Positions 26,452-35,773 of a DNA stretch of 64,000 nt are shown here, in pieces. The position numbers and the translations under genes are program-made. Positions within the stretch are counted from its first letter, which is position 1. The number at the start of each line of letters is the position of its first letter. Origin of the DNA: Patescibacteria group bacterium (GTDB lineage: Bacteria > Patescibacteriota > UBA1384 > XYA2-FULL-43-10); contig JBAYVT010000001.1 in NCBI GenBank assembly GCA_041674405.1, forward strand, positions 1,012 to 65,011. Direction: 5' to 3'. The notes below the pieces were generated by a model. It searched no databases. It was not told the DNA's origin and saw nothing but the letters and a program-made list of their open reading frames with translations.

Positions 26452-27219
26452 CTATCTCGCATAAGGCAGAGTCTGGCTGTCAGTTTTGTTTTTGTTGATG
26501 TTGTTCAGGGCTGGGTCGGGATTCGTTTGCGATGCAACAATAACAAGGCGATTTATGCTAGTTCCGACTGGTGTGCATGTGACAAGTGTAAGAATTGAGT
26601 CTTTTCCCTGATTCAAAACAGACAGATCGTCAGGTTTCGTAATGAAAATTTTCGAAACGGTATAAGTGAAAAGCCTGCTTTGATATTTGATAAAAATTTT
26701 ATCACCGACAACAACCCTATTTAATGTTGCAAAAATACTTTTATATTTTCCCGGAGCCCAAAGATAGTTCGAACTATGTCCCGTAATAAATATGTTTCCA
26801 ATTTCTCCCGGGTCGGCAGTTCCTGCCAAATGTATTGTGCCGTTTTCGAGAGCTTTTGATGTGGTATCAGGGCTGTTAACCACGTCCCAAGTGATTGGAG
26901 CATTAATTCCAATTCTTTGCACATAAATTGTGTTGTCTGAAATCGATATTGTTCCGGAGCGCGAGCCCGATGCATTATTGTCGTTGGTAGTTGTGCCACT
27001 ACTTGTAACGCCGGGGTTTTCTGAAGTTCCTTGTGAAATGTCGCTTTTATACCAATAATTAATTTTTGTAAGTACCGCTGGACCATTGATTAAAAGAAAA
27101 ACACCAGCAGCCAAAAAAATCGTGAGAATTATATATAAAGCATATAAAGAACGGCGAGGATTTTTATTTTTTTTCCCCGCAAAAATGTTTTCAAGATCCT
27201 GTTCGGTAAATGATTTCAT
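26452..27219 (-). CDS. Sortase family transpeptidase
   Basis: N-terminal TM anchor, catalytic His region (IFITGHSSNY), and the TLVTCTP active-site Cys signature. Confidence 0.7.
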   Translation of the reverse strand: MKSFTEQDLENIFAGKKNKNPRRSLYALYIILTIFLAAGVFLLINGPAVLTKINYWYKSDISQGTSENPGVTSSGTTTNDNNASGSRSGTISISDNTIYVQRIGINAPITWDVVNSPDTTSKALENGTIHLAGTADPGEIGNIFITGHSSNYLWAPGKYKSIFATLNRVVVGDKIFIKYQSRLFTYTVSKIFITKPDDLSVLNQGKDSILTLVTCTPVGTSINRLVIVASQTNPDPALNNINKNKTDSQTLPYAR

Positions 27220-27238
27220 ATATGATGTTTATATTTGA

Positions 27239-27323
27239 TGGTGCCGCAGCCCGGACTCGAACCGGGATGGATTTCTCCACACGATTTTGAGTCGTGCGTG
27301 TCTACCAATTCCACCACAGCGGC
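27239..27323 (-). tRNA. tRNA-Leu (anticodon CAA), CCA encoded
   Basis: Hand-folded cloverleaf: long variable arm (type II), anticodon loop cuCAAaa, T-loop ggttcgagtcc. One acceptor-stem mismatch. 3' CCA present in the DNA. Confidence 0.7.
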
Positions 27324-27412
27324 GCAGTTAATTATCACTCGTTAATTCTAGCAAAAAATCGGTTTAAACTCAATTGTAAATTATTGTATAATGGTTCGGG
27401 AGGGATTTTTTA

Positions 27413-29014
27413 ATGTTTGAAAATAATCTATTTAAACGTTCCAAAAACAACGGCTTTAAAAAGTCTCCGCTTGTGTTGATTGTTTTAGATGGTTGGGGAA
27501 TCGCCCCGTCTTGGGGAGGAAATGCAATAACATTATCATCTACTCCGGTGTTTGATGGTCTCTTGCGTGAATATCCATCCACCGCCCTACAAGCTTCTGG
27601 CCTAGCTGTTGGCCTTCCGGACGGCGCGCCTGGCAACTCTGAAGCTGGACATTTAAATATCGGGGCTGGAAGAATTGTACACCAAGATATCTCACTTATC
27701 GATTCAGCGATAGAAAACGGAGATTTTTTTAAAAACGATATTCTCCGTGAAACATATGAACATGCAGAAAAAAACGAGAGCAACATTCACATTATGGGGC
27801 TCTTGTCTGATGTTGGCACGCATAGCCACATACGGCATCTGGATGCATTGCTTAAGTATTTTAAAGATAAAAATTTTAATCGGATATACATTCATCTTTT
27901 TTCTGATGGCAGAGATTCTGATCCGATGTATGGAATTGAGCTAATTGGCAAGGTTAACAAAATAATTGAAGGCGCTGGTATTGGCAGGATCGAATCTATC
28001 ATGGGCCGTTTTTATGCAATGGACCGCGATAACCGCTGGGGGCGCACAGCCCGTGCTTATAATTGTTTTGTCCGATCTGAGGCAGAATCGGTAGAAAACG
28101 CTAACGAAGTTTTTTCCAGATCATATGCTGCTGGCACAACCGATGAATTTATTGAGCCAAGAATAATTAATAATAAAAATTTTCATTTCGTTCCCATCCG
28201 GGATAATGATTCAATAATAATTTTTAATTTTAGATATGACAGGGTCAACCAACTAATTGATTGTTTCGTTAAAGATTCGATTGATCGCTTTCCCGACCAT
28301 AGAAAGCTCCAAAACCTTTTTGTTTCTTCCTTTGCGAACAGCTCTGATATGACAAAATTTAAAACGATTATACAAGCTCCTAAAATAGAAAATCCGATTG
28401 CCAAAGTTTTATCAGAAAACGGCTTGAAGCAATTACATATTGCTGAAACAGAGAAATTTCCTCATGTAACCTATTTTTTTAATGGTGGCATTGATGAGGC
28501 AAACAAGAATGAAGACCGGTTAAGAATTCCCTCGCCCAAGGTTCGAACATACGACCTTAAGCCTGAAATGAGTGCCGATAAGGTTTTAAAGTCTGTACTC
28601 TCTGCGCTGAATAAAAATATTTATGATTTTTATGTTGTAAATTTTGCCAATCCTGACATGGTGGGCCATACCGGAAATTTAAAGGCTACCATGCACGCTG
28701 TTTCGTTCGTCGACCAGTGCCTTGGACAGATAATACTTAGTATCCAGAGTAAAAACGGAACCGCGGTAATATGCGCTGACCATGGTAACGCCGAACAAAT
28801 GGTTAATCCGCAAACCGGTGATCCGGATACGGAACACACGACCAATCCTGTTCCGTTTATTGTGGTAAGTGATAATTTGAAAGATAAAATTTCACTCAAC
28901 TCAAACGGCTCGTTATCAAATATTGCCCCGAGTATTTTGGATCTTTTGAATATAGATGTTCCAAATGAAATGAAAACCAAAGAAAGTTTAATCATAAAAC
29001 GGGAGATGATTTAG
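27413..29014 (+). CDS. gpmI: 2,3-bisphosphoglycerate-independent phosphoglycerate mutase
   Basis: LIVLDGWG, catalytic Ser in GNSEAGHLNIGAGR, metal ligands NPDMVGHTGN and CADHGNAE. Confidence 0.9.
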   Translation: MFENNLFKRSKNNGFKKSPLVLIVLDGWGIAPSWGGNAITLSSTPVFDGLLREYPSTALQASGLAVGLPDGAPGNSEAGHLNIGAGRIVHQDISLIDSAIENGDFFKNDILRETYEHAEKNESNIHIMGLLSDVGTHSHIRHLDALLKYFKDKNFNRIYIHLFSDGRDSDPMYGIELIGKVNKIIEGAGIGRIESIMGRFYAMDRDNRWGRTARAYNCFVRSEAESVENANEVFSRSYAAGTTDEFIEPRIINNKNFHFVPIRDNDSIIIFNFRYDRVNQLIDCFVKDSIDRFPDHRKLQNLFVSSFANSSDMTKFKTIIQAPKIENPIAKVLSENGLKQLHIAETEKFPHVTYFFNGGIDEANKNEDRLRIPSPKVRTYDLKPEMSADKVLKSVLSALNKNIYDFYVVNFANPDMVGHTGNLKATMHAVSFVDQCLGQIILSIQSKNGTAVICADHGNAEQMVNPQTGDPDTEHTTNPVPFIVVSDNLKDKISLNSNGSLSNIAPSILDLLNIDVPNEMKTKESLIIKREMI

Positions 29015-30580
29015 TTGGAAAAGATTACTTCGAAAAAAGTTTGTTTGATAATACTGGACGGCTGGGGTTTCTCGCTAAATCGCGCTGGAAATGCAATTTT
29101 TTTAGCTGGCCCAAGGAACTTCGATAATTTATGGCAATCATATGGCCATGCAGTTCTATCGACTCATAGCAATTTACAGAAAAATAACGATGATAGTATT
29201 AATTCTCAAATTTGTTATACACAAATCTCGGCTGGTCGATTTGTTAAAAGCGAATCTCAAATCATTGCTGATGAATTTACGAGCGGAAATTTTTTAGAAA
29301 ATGAGGTTTTAAACAACACATTTTTAAATGCAATTTCCCATGACTCAAACGTTCATTTTGTTTGTCCAATAGATGAAAGTGAATATTCCCTGGAATATAT
29401 ATATGGCCTTCTAAAAATGGCATCATCGTATCAGGAGGTTTCTGTATATATCCACTTGGTAATTTCAAAGGATAACTCATACCAGGAACTTTACCAAGTC
29501 CTGGACAAGATAAAAGATTCTACCTCAAAGACCAGTAATTGCATCATTGCATCAATATTCGGAAGTGATTATTCAGCGTATGACATAACGGAATATTCAA
29601 AAATTCTTTCGGCCTACAATGCAATCATTTGGGGCGAAGGAAAACAATATTTTGAGATATCGCAAGTCCTAAAGTCCAACGAGGAAAAAAATGTCAGACC
29701 CCACCAAATTGAGCCATCCATTATCGTAAACGATGGTAAAGCCGTAGGAATTTCATCAGATTTCGATAACTTTATATTTAGTTCAGTAACAGGTGAACCA
29801 GTCAAAATGCTTTTTATATCTCTGGCTAATGGTATAAAAAGCGTAAAATCACGCCGAAAATTTAATCTTAAGCTTATTCCGTTTGCTGATTATTTACACA
29901 CTAAAAGTGTAAGTTGTGATCATGTATTCAAAAGTGTGGCAATATCGCCAAACTTATCGGAGATTATTAGTAAGTCTGGGATTGGTCAATTTCACGTTGG
30001 GGAAAGCATAAATGAAGATGAAGTAAGTTTTTATTTTAATGGCAGGATATCAAATAATTTTCCTGAAGAAAAAATTATGATTGTCACGTCTTCTGAAAAC
30101 TCTGCAAAGAACCATGGTTTGTCTTCGTCTTATATTGCCAAAGTAACGATTGACCAAATGATGAAGAACAAAGAGTGTTTTATTGTCGCCGGCTTTGCAA
30201 ATGTTGATTATTTTGCTCATACTAAAGATGTGAGATCTACCGCCTTGGCAGTAGCCGCGCTTGATGATTGTTTAAAATTAATTTATGACGCATCGATAAG
30301 AACAAACACAACTCTGGTGATTACGGGAAGTCACGGAAACGCGGAAAATATGGCAAGAAGTGCCAATTTAGATACGTTCTCGAAAAGTCCTGTTCCTTTC
30401 ATTGTCGTTTCACCGGAAACGAGAAAAAACACAACCTCTCAATTCAGACAGGTAAATTTTTCAAGCATGATTTCTTTGAAACATTCAATTTGTGATATTG
30501 CCCCAACAATTTTAAACATCATGGATATTAAAATTCCATCAGAGTTTTCCGGGAGAAGTCTTATAAATTATTTAGAATAG
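29015..30580 (+). CDS. Divergent iPGM paralog (possible pseudoenzyme or altered specificity)
   Basis: TTG start 0 nt after the gpmI stop. Same domain order (IILDGWGF ... NVDYFAHTKD ... GSHGNAENM). The GH of the SEAGH motif is replaced (NSQICYTQISAGR) and ADHGN is replaced by GSHGN. Confidence 0.65.
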   Translation: MEKITSKKVCLIILDGWGFSLNRAGNAIFLAGPRNFDNLWQSYGHAVLSTHSNLQKNNDDSINSQICYTQISAGRFVKSESQIIADEFTSGNFLENEVLNNTFLNAISHDSNVHFVCPIDESEYSLEYIYGLLKMASSYQEVSVYIHLVISKDNSYQELYQVLDKIKDSTSKTSNCIIASIFGSDYSAYDITEYSKILSAYNAIIWGEGKQYFEISQVLKSNEEKNVRPHQIEPSIIVNDGKAVGISSDFDNFIFSSVTGEPVKMLFISLANGIKSVKSRRKFNLKLIPFADYLHTKSVSCDHVFKSVAISPNLSEIISKSGIGQFHVGESINEDEVSFYFNGRISNNFPEEKIMIVTSSENSAKNHGLSSSYIAKVTIDQMMKNKECFIVAGFANVDYFAHTKDVRSTALAVAALDDCLKLIYDASIRTNTTLVITGSHGNAENMARSANLDTFSKSPVPFIVVSPETRKNTTSQFRQVNFSSMISLKHSICDIAPTILNIMDIKIPSEFSGRSLINYLE

Positions 30581-30587
30581 AGGCACA

Positions 30588-31145
30588 ATGCAAACCACAA
30601 TCGAAGTATCGGCTCGCCACATTCATCTTACTGCGGAAGATTTTGAAAAATTATTTGGAAAATCTGAAATGTCGATACGAAATAATTTAAGCCAAAAGGG
30701 TGAATTTGCCTCAAATGAAACCCTTGAGGTTGTTGGTCCCAAAAGCAGAATTGTTAAGGTTCGGGTTCTTGGCCCGTTTAGGGAAAAATCACAATTGGAA
30801 ATATCCAGGACTGATAGCGTATCCTTGGGAATAGATGCTCCCTATTTAGAATCTGGCGATGGAAACGGAGCTAGAATTAGAATTATAGGATCTAAAGGTG
30901 AAATTATCGATAATATAGCTATTGTTGCCATGCGCCATATTCACTTATCTCCCCTAAATGCACAAAAAGCCGGAGTATCCGACGGGGACTTTGTTTCGGT
31001 GAAAATATCTGGCGAAAGACAGACAACATTGGGTAAAATTATTGTGCGAATTGAGGATAATTTTTTGAACCACGTCCATCTTGACACGGATGATGCCAAT
31101 GCTTGCGGAATTGTTTCTGGCTTTCAAACCGAGATTATTAAATAA
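30588..31145 (+). CDS. PduL-type phosphate acyltransferase (phosphotransacetylase/propanoyltransferase)
   Basis: Two PduL repeats, each with an xRHIHL motif (SARHIHL, AMRHIHL) plus GxxGxRxR-like segments. Sits directly upstream of acetate kinase. Confidence 0.7.
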   Translation: MQTTIEVSARHIHLTAEDFEKLFGKSEMSIRNNLSQKGEFASNETLEVVGPKSRIVKVRVLGPFREKSQLEISRTDSVSLGIDAPYLESGDGNGARIRIIGSKGEIIDNIAIVAMRHIHLSPLNAQKAGVSDGDFVSVKISGERQTTLGKIIVRIEDNFLNHVHLDTDDANACGIVSGFQTEIIK

Positions 31146-31159
31146 AAACTGGAGCATAA

Positions 31160-32239
31160 ATGATTGCTGTCTTTAATCCGGGATCATCATCATTAAAATA
31201 TAAGGTTTTTGACCCCGATTCTAATTTTAGTGAAACTTTGAGTGGGTCGGTCAATAATATCGGTGACGATGACTTTGCTGATCATGCTGTGGCAGCAAAG
31301 TATTTGGCAAAAGAAATAAAAAATCATAAGGTTCATTTAAATGTTATTGCATATCGAATTGTGCATGGAGGCGGTTTGCTAGAAAATGGCGTCCAAGCTA
31401 CGGAAAAAAATATCAAAATCCTTGAGAGTTTTTCTTCGCTTGCACCACTTCATAATCCGCCGGCAATTCTGACAATTAAATCGTGCGAGCCACTATTTGG
31501 CCACGCAAAACATCTGATGTTTTTCGATACTGATTTCTTTGCTGAGTTGCCAGATGAAGAAGCTACCTATCCCCTACCTTTAAATATATCTTCAGATCTT
31601 AAAATCAGGCGTTTTGGATTTCATGGCATATCACATAAATATGCAATGAAAAAATCTGACCCACAAACCAAATCGAATATCATTACAATTCATCTTGGGG
31701 CGGGGTGCTCGATTGCTGCAATTAAAAGAGGAAAACCAATCGCAACTTCGCTAGGTTTTACTCCAGACGAAGGATTAATGATGCAAACACGCTCTGGTGA
31801 TATTGATCCGGGAATAATTTTCTTTCTTATCGAAAAATATGGCATGGATCGTACCCGTGAAATAATTGAAAAAGAATCCGGACTTAGGGGCGTTAGTGGG
31901 ACCGATGGCAACATGTTGAATGTTTTATATGCTGCTGGTTTGAAAATTGAAGATCCGGCATTTAAGCCAAAAATGATTAGAACCGAGAAAGGCATTAAGA
32001 ACGCAAAATTTGCACTTGAGCTATATGTGAGAAGAATCCAAAAGTATGTAACGTATTACACATTTTTGCTCGGGAGTGTTGATAAGCTTATTTTCACCGG
32101 CATGATTGGCGCGGGATCATCTGTGATTAGAAATATGATTGTTGAAAACTTTGATCGCCTACCAATTCATGAATATGAAGTTATAAAACCCAACGAAGAA
32201 CTTGCTATTGCCCTGGAGGCTTGTAAGAAAGAGTATTAA
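31160..32239 (+). CDS. ackA: Acetate (propionate) kinase
   Basis: MIAVFNPGSSSLKYKVF N-terminus. FHGISHKY. ASKHA fold. 359 aa, slightly short. Confidence 0.85.
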   Translation: MIAVFNPGSSSLKYKVFDPDSNFSETLSGSVNNIGDDDFADHAVAAKYLAKEIKNHKVHLNVIAYRIVHGGGLLENGVQATEKNIKILESFSSLAPLHNPPAILTIKSCEPLFGHAKHLMFFDTDFFAELPDEEATYPLPLNISSDLKIRRFGFHGISHKYAMKKSDPQTKSNIITIHLGAGCSIAAIKRGKPIATSLGFTPDEGLMMQTRSGDIDPGIIFFLIEKYGMDRTREIIEKESGLRGVSGTDGNMLNVLYAAGLKIEDPAFKPKMIRTEKGIKNAKFALELYVRRIQKYVTYYTFLLGSVDKLIFTGMIGAGSSVIRNMIVENFDRLPIHEYEVIKPNEELAIALEACKKEY

Positions 32240-32258
32240 TCGAATAAAATAAGAGTAC

Positions 32259-33299
32259 ATGTCGGAAACAAACAAAAAATTAGTAACAGGCAATGAAGCA
32301 GCTGTTCTCGGGGCAATCGCGGGAGGTGCTGAAATAATGTTTGGCTACCCAATAACGCCGGCAACGGAAATTTTACAAAACTGGGCAGCTAAATCTCTTG
32401 ATAATTCATCTTTATCATATTTGCAAACTGAGGATGAGACCGCGGCCGGATTTTGTGTCAATGGGGCACTTCTGGCTGGAGTAAAGGCTTTTACTGCATC
32501 TGCCGGGCCCGGGCATATTCTCTTACAGGATCCGATCTCAATGGCAGAAATGGAGCGATTGCCTTTTGTTGGGATTATGATGCAGCGCGGCGGCCCGTCG
32601 ACAGGGACTGTTAATTTTTCACAGCAGGAAGTAAATTTGGCTTCGTTTGGCGGAAACGGCGATGGCTTGCGTGTGGTTTATTCGGCTTCGAGCGTACATG
32701 AAATGTACACTTTGACAACAAAAGCATTTTCAACCGCATGGAAATTTCGCTTTCCAACTTTTGTGCTCGGTGATGGATATCTCGGCAAAACTGAAATGTT
32801 AATAGAGCTTCCCAAGCTTTTAAAGCCAGTGCCAGCTTATAAAATTTTAAAAGAAAATGCAGCTGCTCCCACTTATCTTCGAAACTGCTACTCCGATGAG
32901 GAATCCTTCGGTTCTGTCCTGGACGAAAACATTAAGGATTGGAAGAAATCAAAACATGCAATTGCTGAATCCGAATCTTATAAACTTTCCGGAATAAACG
33001 AATTAATCATTGCCCACGGAATTGTAGCCGAAGCTTGCAAAGATGCGATCGATAAAATGCTCACTCGTAACAAAAAAATCGGTTTGTGGAGGCCAATAAC
33101 GCTAAATCCGATCGATTCCGCCTCATTAATTGCAGCAGCTAAAAAAGTCAGAAAAATTCACATTTTTGAATCAGCACTTAATCAATTTGCCCGAATTATC
33201 AAATACGAATTGGCTGGCCTAAAATTGGATATTATTGAGCACGGCAAACCCGCACGTGGATTTACTCCTGAGGAAATTATCGAGGAGATTATGCAATGA
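32259..33299 (+). CDS. 2-oxoacid:ferredoxin oxidoreductase alpha subunit
   Basis: KorA/PorA-like N-terminus (LVTGNEAAVLGAIAGGAEIMFGYPITPATEI). Confidence 0.8.
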   Translation: MSETNKKLVTGNEAAVLGAIAGGAEIMFGYPITPATEILQNWAAKSLDNSSLSYLQTEDETAAGFCVNGALLAGVKAFTASAGPGHILLQDPISMAEMERLPFVGIMMQRGGPSTGTVNFSQQEVNLASFGGNGDGLRVVYSASSVHEMYTLTTKAFSTAWKFRFPTFVLGDGYLGKTEMLIELPKLLKPVPAYKILKENAAAPTYLRNCYSDEESFGSVLDENIKDWKKSKHAIAESESYKLSGINELIIAHGIVAEACKDAIDKMLTRNKKIGLWRPITLNPIDSASLIAAAKKVRKIHIFESALNQFARIIKYELAGLKLDIIEHGKPARGFTPEEIIEEIMQ

Positions 33300-34021
33300 A
33301 TGAAATTATGCCAAAATGCTGGAATTGCAATACTAAACCGCACTTATTTTGTCCTGGTTGTGGGCATGGCATTACGTTAAAACACCTCGGATACGCAATC
33401 GACGAGATGGAAATTGCCAATAATGTTACTTTGGGCATAGATATAGGATGCTCACTTCTCTCCTGGAATTTCTTCAATTTTGATACTATTCAGACTCATC
33501 ACGGCAGAACAAACCCGACAATGGTCGGATACAAAATGGCAAACCCAAAGCGAGTTGCCATTGCTTACATGGGTGATGGCGGTGGTTATGCGATAGGTTT
33601 ACAATCCTTACTGCATGCAGCTTTTCGAAACGATCCAATTACTGTTATTTTGGTTAATAACGAAAACTATGCTATGACCGGCGGCCAAGTTGCGCCAACT
33701 ACTGAAACTGGAATAGTAACAGCGACCACGCCAAAGGGTAAACCTGTATCATTTGGTCCCGGCTTTCATGGTCCCGAACTAGTCCGCTGTATCGCGAATG
33801 ATAAAGCATTTGTCGCCCGTGTTTCTGTTTCCCAGCCGGAAATTATTAAGTTGACACTTAAAAAAGCGATTGAAAATCAAATTAAAAACAAATTATTTTC
33901 TTTTGTTGAGGTTCTTTCCATCTGTCCGACAAACTGGAAAACCAATGCAAAGGAATCGTTTAATCGACTTTTGGATATGGAAAAATACTACCATGTCGAA
34001 GAAATCAAACCGAATGAATAA
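33296..34021 (+). CDS. 2-oxoacid:ferredoxin oxidoreductase beta subunit (TPP-binding)
   Basis: CPGCGHG, TPP-binding GDGG...NN motif. Start overlaps the alpha stop (ATGA). Confidence 0.8.
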   Translation: MNEIMPKCWNCNTKPHLFCPGCGHGITLKHLGYAIDEMEIANNVTLGIDIGCSLLSWNFFNFDTIQTHHGRTNPTMVGYKMANPKRVAIAYMGDGGGYAIGLQSLLHAAFRNDPITVILVNNENYAMTGGQVAPTTETGIVTATTPKGKPVSFGPGFHGPELVRCIANDKAFVARVSVSQPEIIKLTLKKAIENQIKNKLFSFVEVLSICPTNWKTNAKESFNRLLDMEKYYHVEEIKPNE

Positions 34022-34832
34022 TAATTCGATAAAAATTATCCTCGCAGGTGAAGGTGGCCAAGGGGTTCAAACAATTGCTAAGGCATTGTTTAATGCTGCA
34101 ATTTCTGCTAAATACAATGTTTCATACATTCCCTCTTTTGGTGTCGAACAGCGCGGTACGCCATCTGTGGCTTATATTACGCTGTCTCACGGCCAAATAC
34201 GTTATCCCCGTTTCGAATTTGCTGATGTGGCGCTTGTCATGGGAGAACGAGCAATGGATCGTGTAGCAGGGGTTATCAATCCGAATACGAAGCTGATTTT
34301 CGATACCTCAAACATGGACACAAAAAATTTAAAAAAGCCTTGGGTTAAACGGCTTGGCGTTCCGGCTACCAGATATGCTTTAGAAAAATTTTCACCGAAA
34401 TCATATAACGTATTAATGTATGGTGCTTTGTGCAAAGAGCTTGGTTTTGACCCAAAGATATCGTGGGATTCCATACATAGCATTTTGAAAGATAAATTTA
34501 AAACCAAGGAAATTGCAGAAATGAATCACGATGCGTTTTCTTTCGGTTATGAAATTGTCTTTGAACACAAGAATTTTTCCAAGCCAATCTATGAGACCAA
34601 AAAGACAGATAATATTTTTAGAAATGCCGAAAAGATCGCCACGATCTCGCCCGAAAGATGCAAGGGTTGTGGAATCTGCATAGAAAAATGTCCAGTTAAG
34701 GCATTATCTTTTGGTGAAGATTTGGGTGTGTTCTCCACTCCGGTTCCAGATATTAACCTTGAAAAATGTATCGCTTGTGGCAATTGTCGACGCTACTGTC
34801 CCGACGGGGCGATTAAAGTTGATAAAAAATAA
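34014..34832 (+). CDS. 2-oxoacid:ferredoxin oxidoreductase gamma subunit fused to 2x[4Fe-4S] ferredoxin (delta)
   Basis: Gamma-like ILAGEGGQGVQTIAKA N-terminus. C-terminal CKGCGICIEKCP and CIACGNCRRYCP clusters. Internal ATG chosen so the gene starts 8 nt before the beta stop. Confidence 0.7.
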   Translation: MNNNSIKIILAGEGGQGVQTIAKALFNAAISAKYNVSYIPSFGVEQRGTPSVAYITLSHGQIRYPRFEFADVALVMGERAMDRVAGVINPNTKLIFDTSNMDTKNLKKPWVKRLGVPATRYALEKFSPKSYNVLMYGALCKELGFDPKISWDSIHSILKDKFKTKEIAEMNHDAFSFGYEIVFEHKNFSKPIYETKKTDNIFRNAEKIATISPERCKGCGICIEKCPVKALSFGEDLGVFSTPVPDINLEKCIACGNCRRYCPDGAIKVDKK

Positions 34833-34839
34833 ATTTAAA

Positions 34840-34876
34840 ATAAAAAATCTGCCTGAATCAAGGGCGGTTTTTTATT
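34840..34876 (+). terminator. Weak rho-independent terminator after OFOR operon
   Basis: A-run, 5-bp stem cugcc/ggcgg (one G-U), then a T6 run. Confidence 0.35.
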
Positions 34877-35065
34877 TTGGTGGACCCGATCAGACATTAG
34901 AACCCGTTTCACTCTTTCGAAACCCTCGGTTCCGAATAACCTCCTATACGGGCAACTCTTGTTTCCCGACCCCTTCCGGAGCTCAAGCCTTCTCTTTGGG
35001 GAGAACAAATTAAAATAGAGTCGCAAGGACTCATTTTATTCTGGTGGACCCGATCAGGCTTGAAC
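34869..35065. repeat. 24-bp direct repeat (ttttatt[t/c]tggtggacccgatcag) duplicating the tRNA-Ala 3' end; att-like
   Basis: Copies at 34869-34892 and 35042-35065, 1 mismatch, bracketing about 150 bp. The second copy is the real tRNA-Ala 3' end plus 8 nt downstream. Confidence 0.5.
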
Positions 35066-35119
35066 TGACGACCTCCTCGATGCCATCGAGGCGCTCTAGC
35101 CAACTGAGCTACGGGCCCA
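35042..35119 (-). tRNA. tRNA-Ala (anticodon GGC), CCA encoded
   Basis: Hand-folded: acceptor gggcccg/cgggtcc, D-arm gctc-agttggcta-gagc, anticodon stem cctcg/cgagg with loop atGGCat, T-arm gtcag-ttcaagc-ctgat, discriminator A, CCA. Confidence 0.8.
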
Positions 35120-35244
35120 AAATTAACTAATAACTTAAAACTCAAAAGTTAAAACTGAACTAATTTACTATACCTAATTACCAATAATTAATCAATCCAG
35201 AGAGTATATTTCTGTGTTGATCAGTGCGAAAAATCAGAGAAATT

Positions 35245-35769
35245 TTATTCAATACAGCACTCAATTGCACGCTTTACGACCGCACCTATTTTACCAAGAA
35301 AACCTTTGCCTTTTTCTTCGTGTCGATTGATTTTGGCATCTTCAATTTTAGAAATATTTTTGGAATCGACAATTTTCATATTTAGCGCCCAAAATAATGA
35401 GTACAGATCAAAGGCTTTTTCATAAAATTCTTCTGCCTGTTTGCGGTTTTTTTTGAGATTGACCTTATTTCCCACTTCGATAAGCCGCATGGATGCTGCC
35501 AAAAGATGCTTTGAAAGGCACCAGATCTCGCCTTCGGGCTCTTTAACCAATTTTTGCATGACTTCTTTGCGTATCTCGCGAACTTCTTTTAGCATATCGA
35601 AATACTTTGTTTTGTTCGTTTTTTCAGCGGTAAAATAAAAATGTTCTTCGATTGAAACCAGGTTCATTACAGCAATTGAAAGATCTTCATCAAGAGAAAG
35701 GTCAAAACCTTTTTCTTTTGACTCTTCTACTTTTTTGATTAACTTTTGAATTTCTTTGTCATTTGCCAT
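35245..35769 (-). CDS. Hypothetical protein (174 aa, helical, Lys/Glu-rich)
   Basis: Host-like codon usage. No family recognised. Confidence 0.45.
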   Translation of the reverse strand: MANDKEIQKLIKKVEESKEKGFDLSLDEDLSIAVMNLVSIEEHFYFTAEKTNKTKYFDMLKEVREIRKEVMQKLVKEPEGEIWCLSKHLLAASMRLIEVGNKVNLKKNRKQAEEFYEKAFDLYSLFWALNMKIVDSKNISKIEDAKINRHEEKGKGFLGKIGAVVKRAIECCIE

Positions 35770-35773
35770 AAAT

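Noticed and set aside
33870-34013. N-terminal 48-codon extension of the OFOR gamma ORF overlapping the beta subunit gene
   Set aside because: It overlaps the well-supported beta subunit in another frame for 150 nt. The internal ATG (MNNNSIKII...) gives a conventional short overlap and a typical gamma N-terminus.
34893-35040. Possible SRP RNA or tmRNA fragment (contains uccggaagg and ends in a tRNA-Ala-like ...gatcgggtccacca)
   Set aside because: Lacks the SRP domain IV consensus (GGUCAGG...AGCAGCC) and has no tmRNA 5' acceptor partner or tag ORF. The 3' similarity is explained by the att-like duplication of the tRNA-Ala end.
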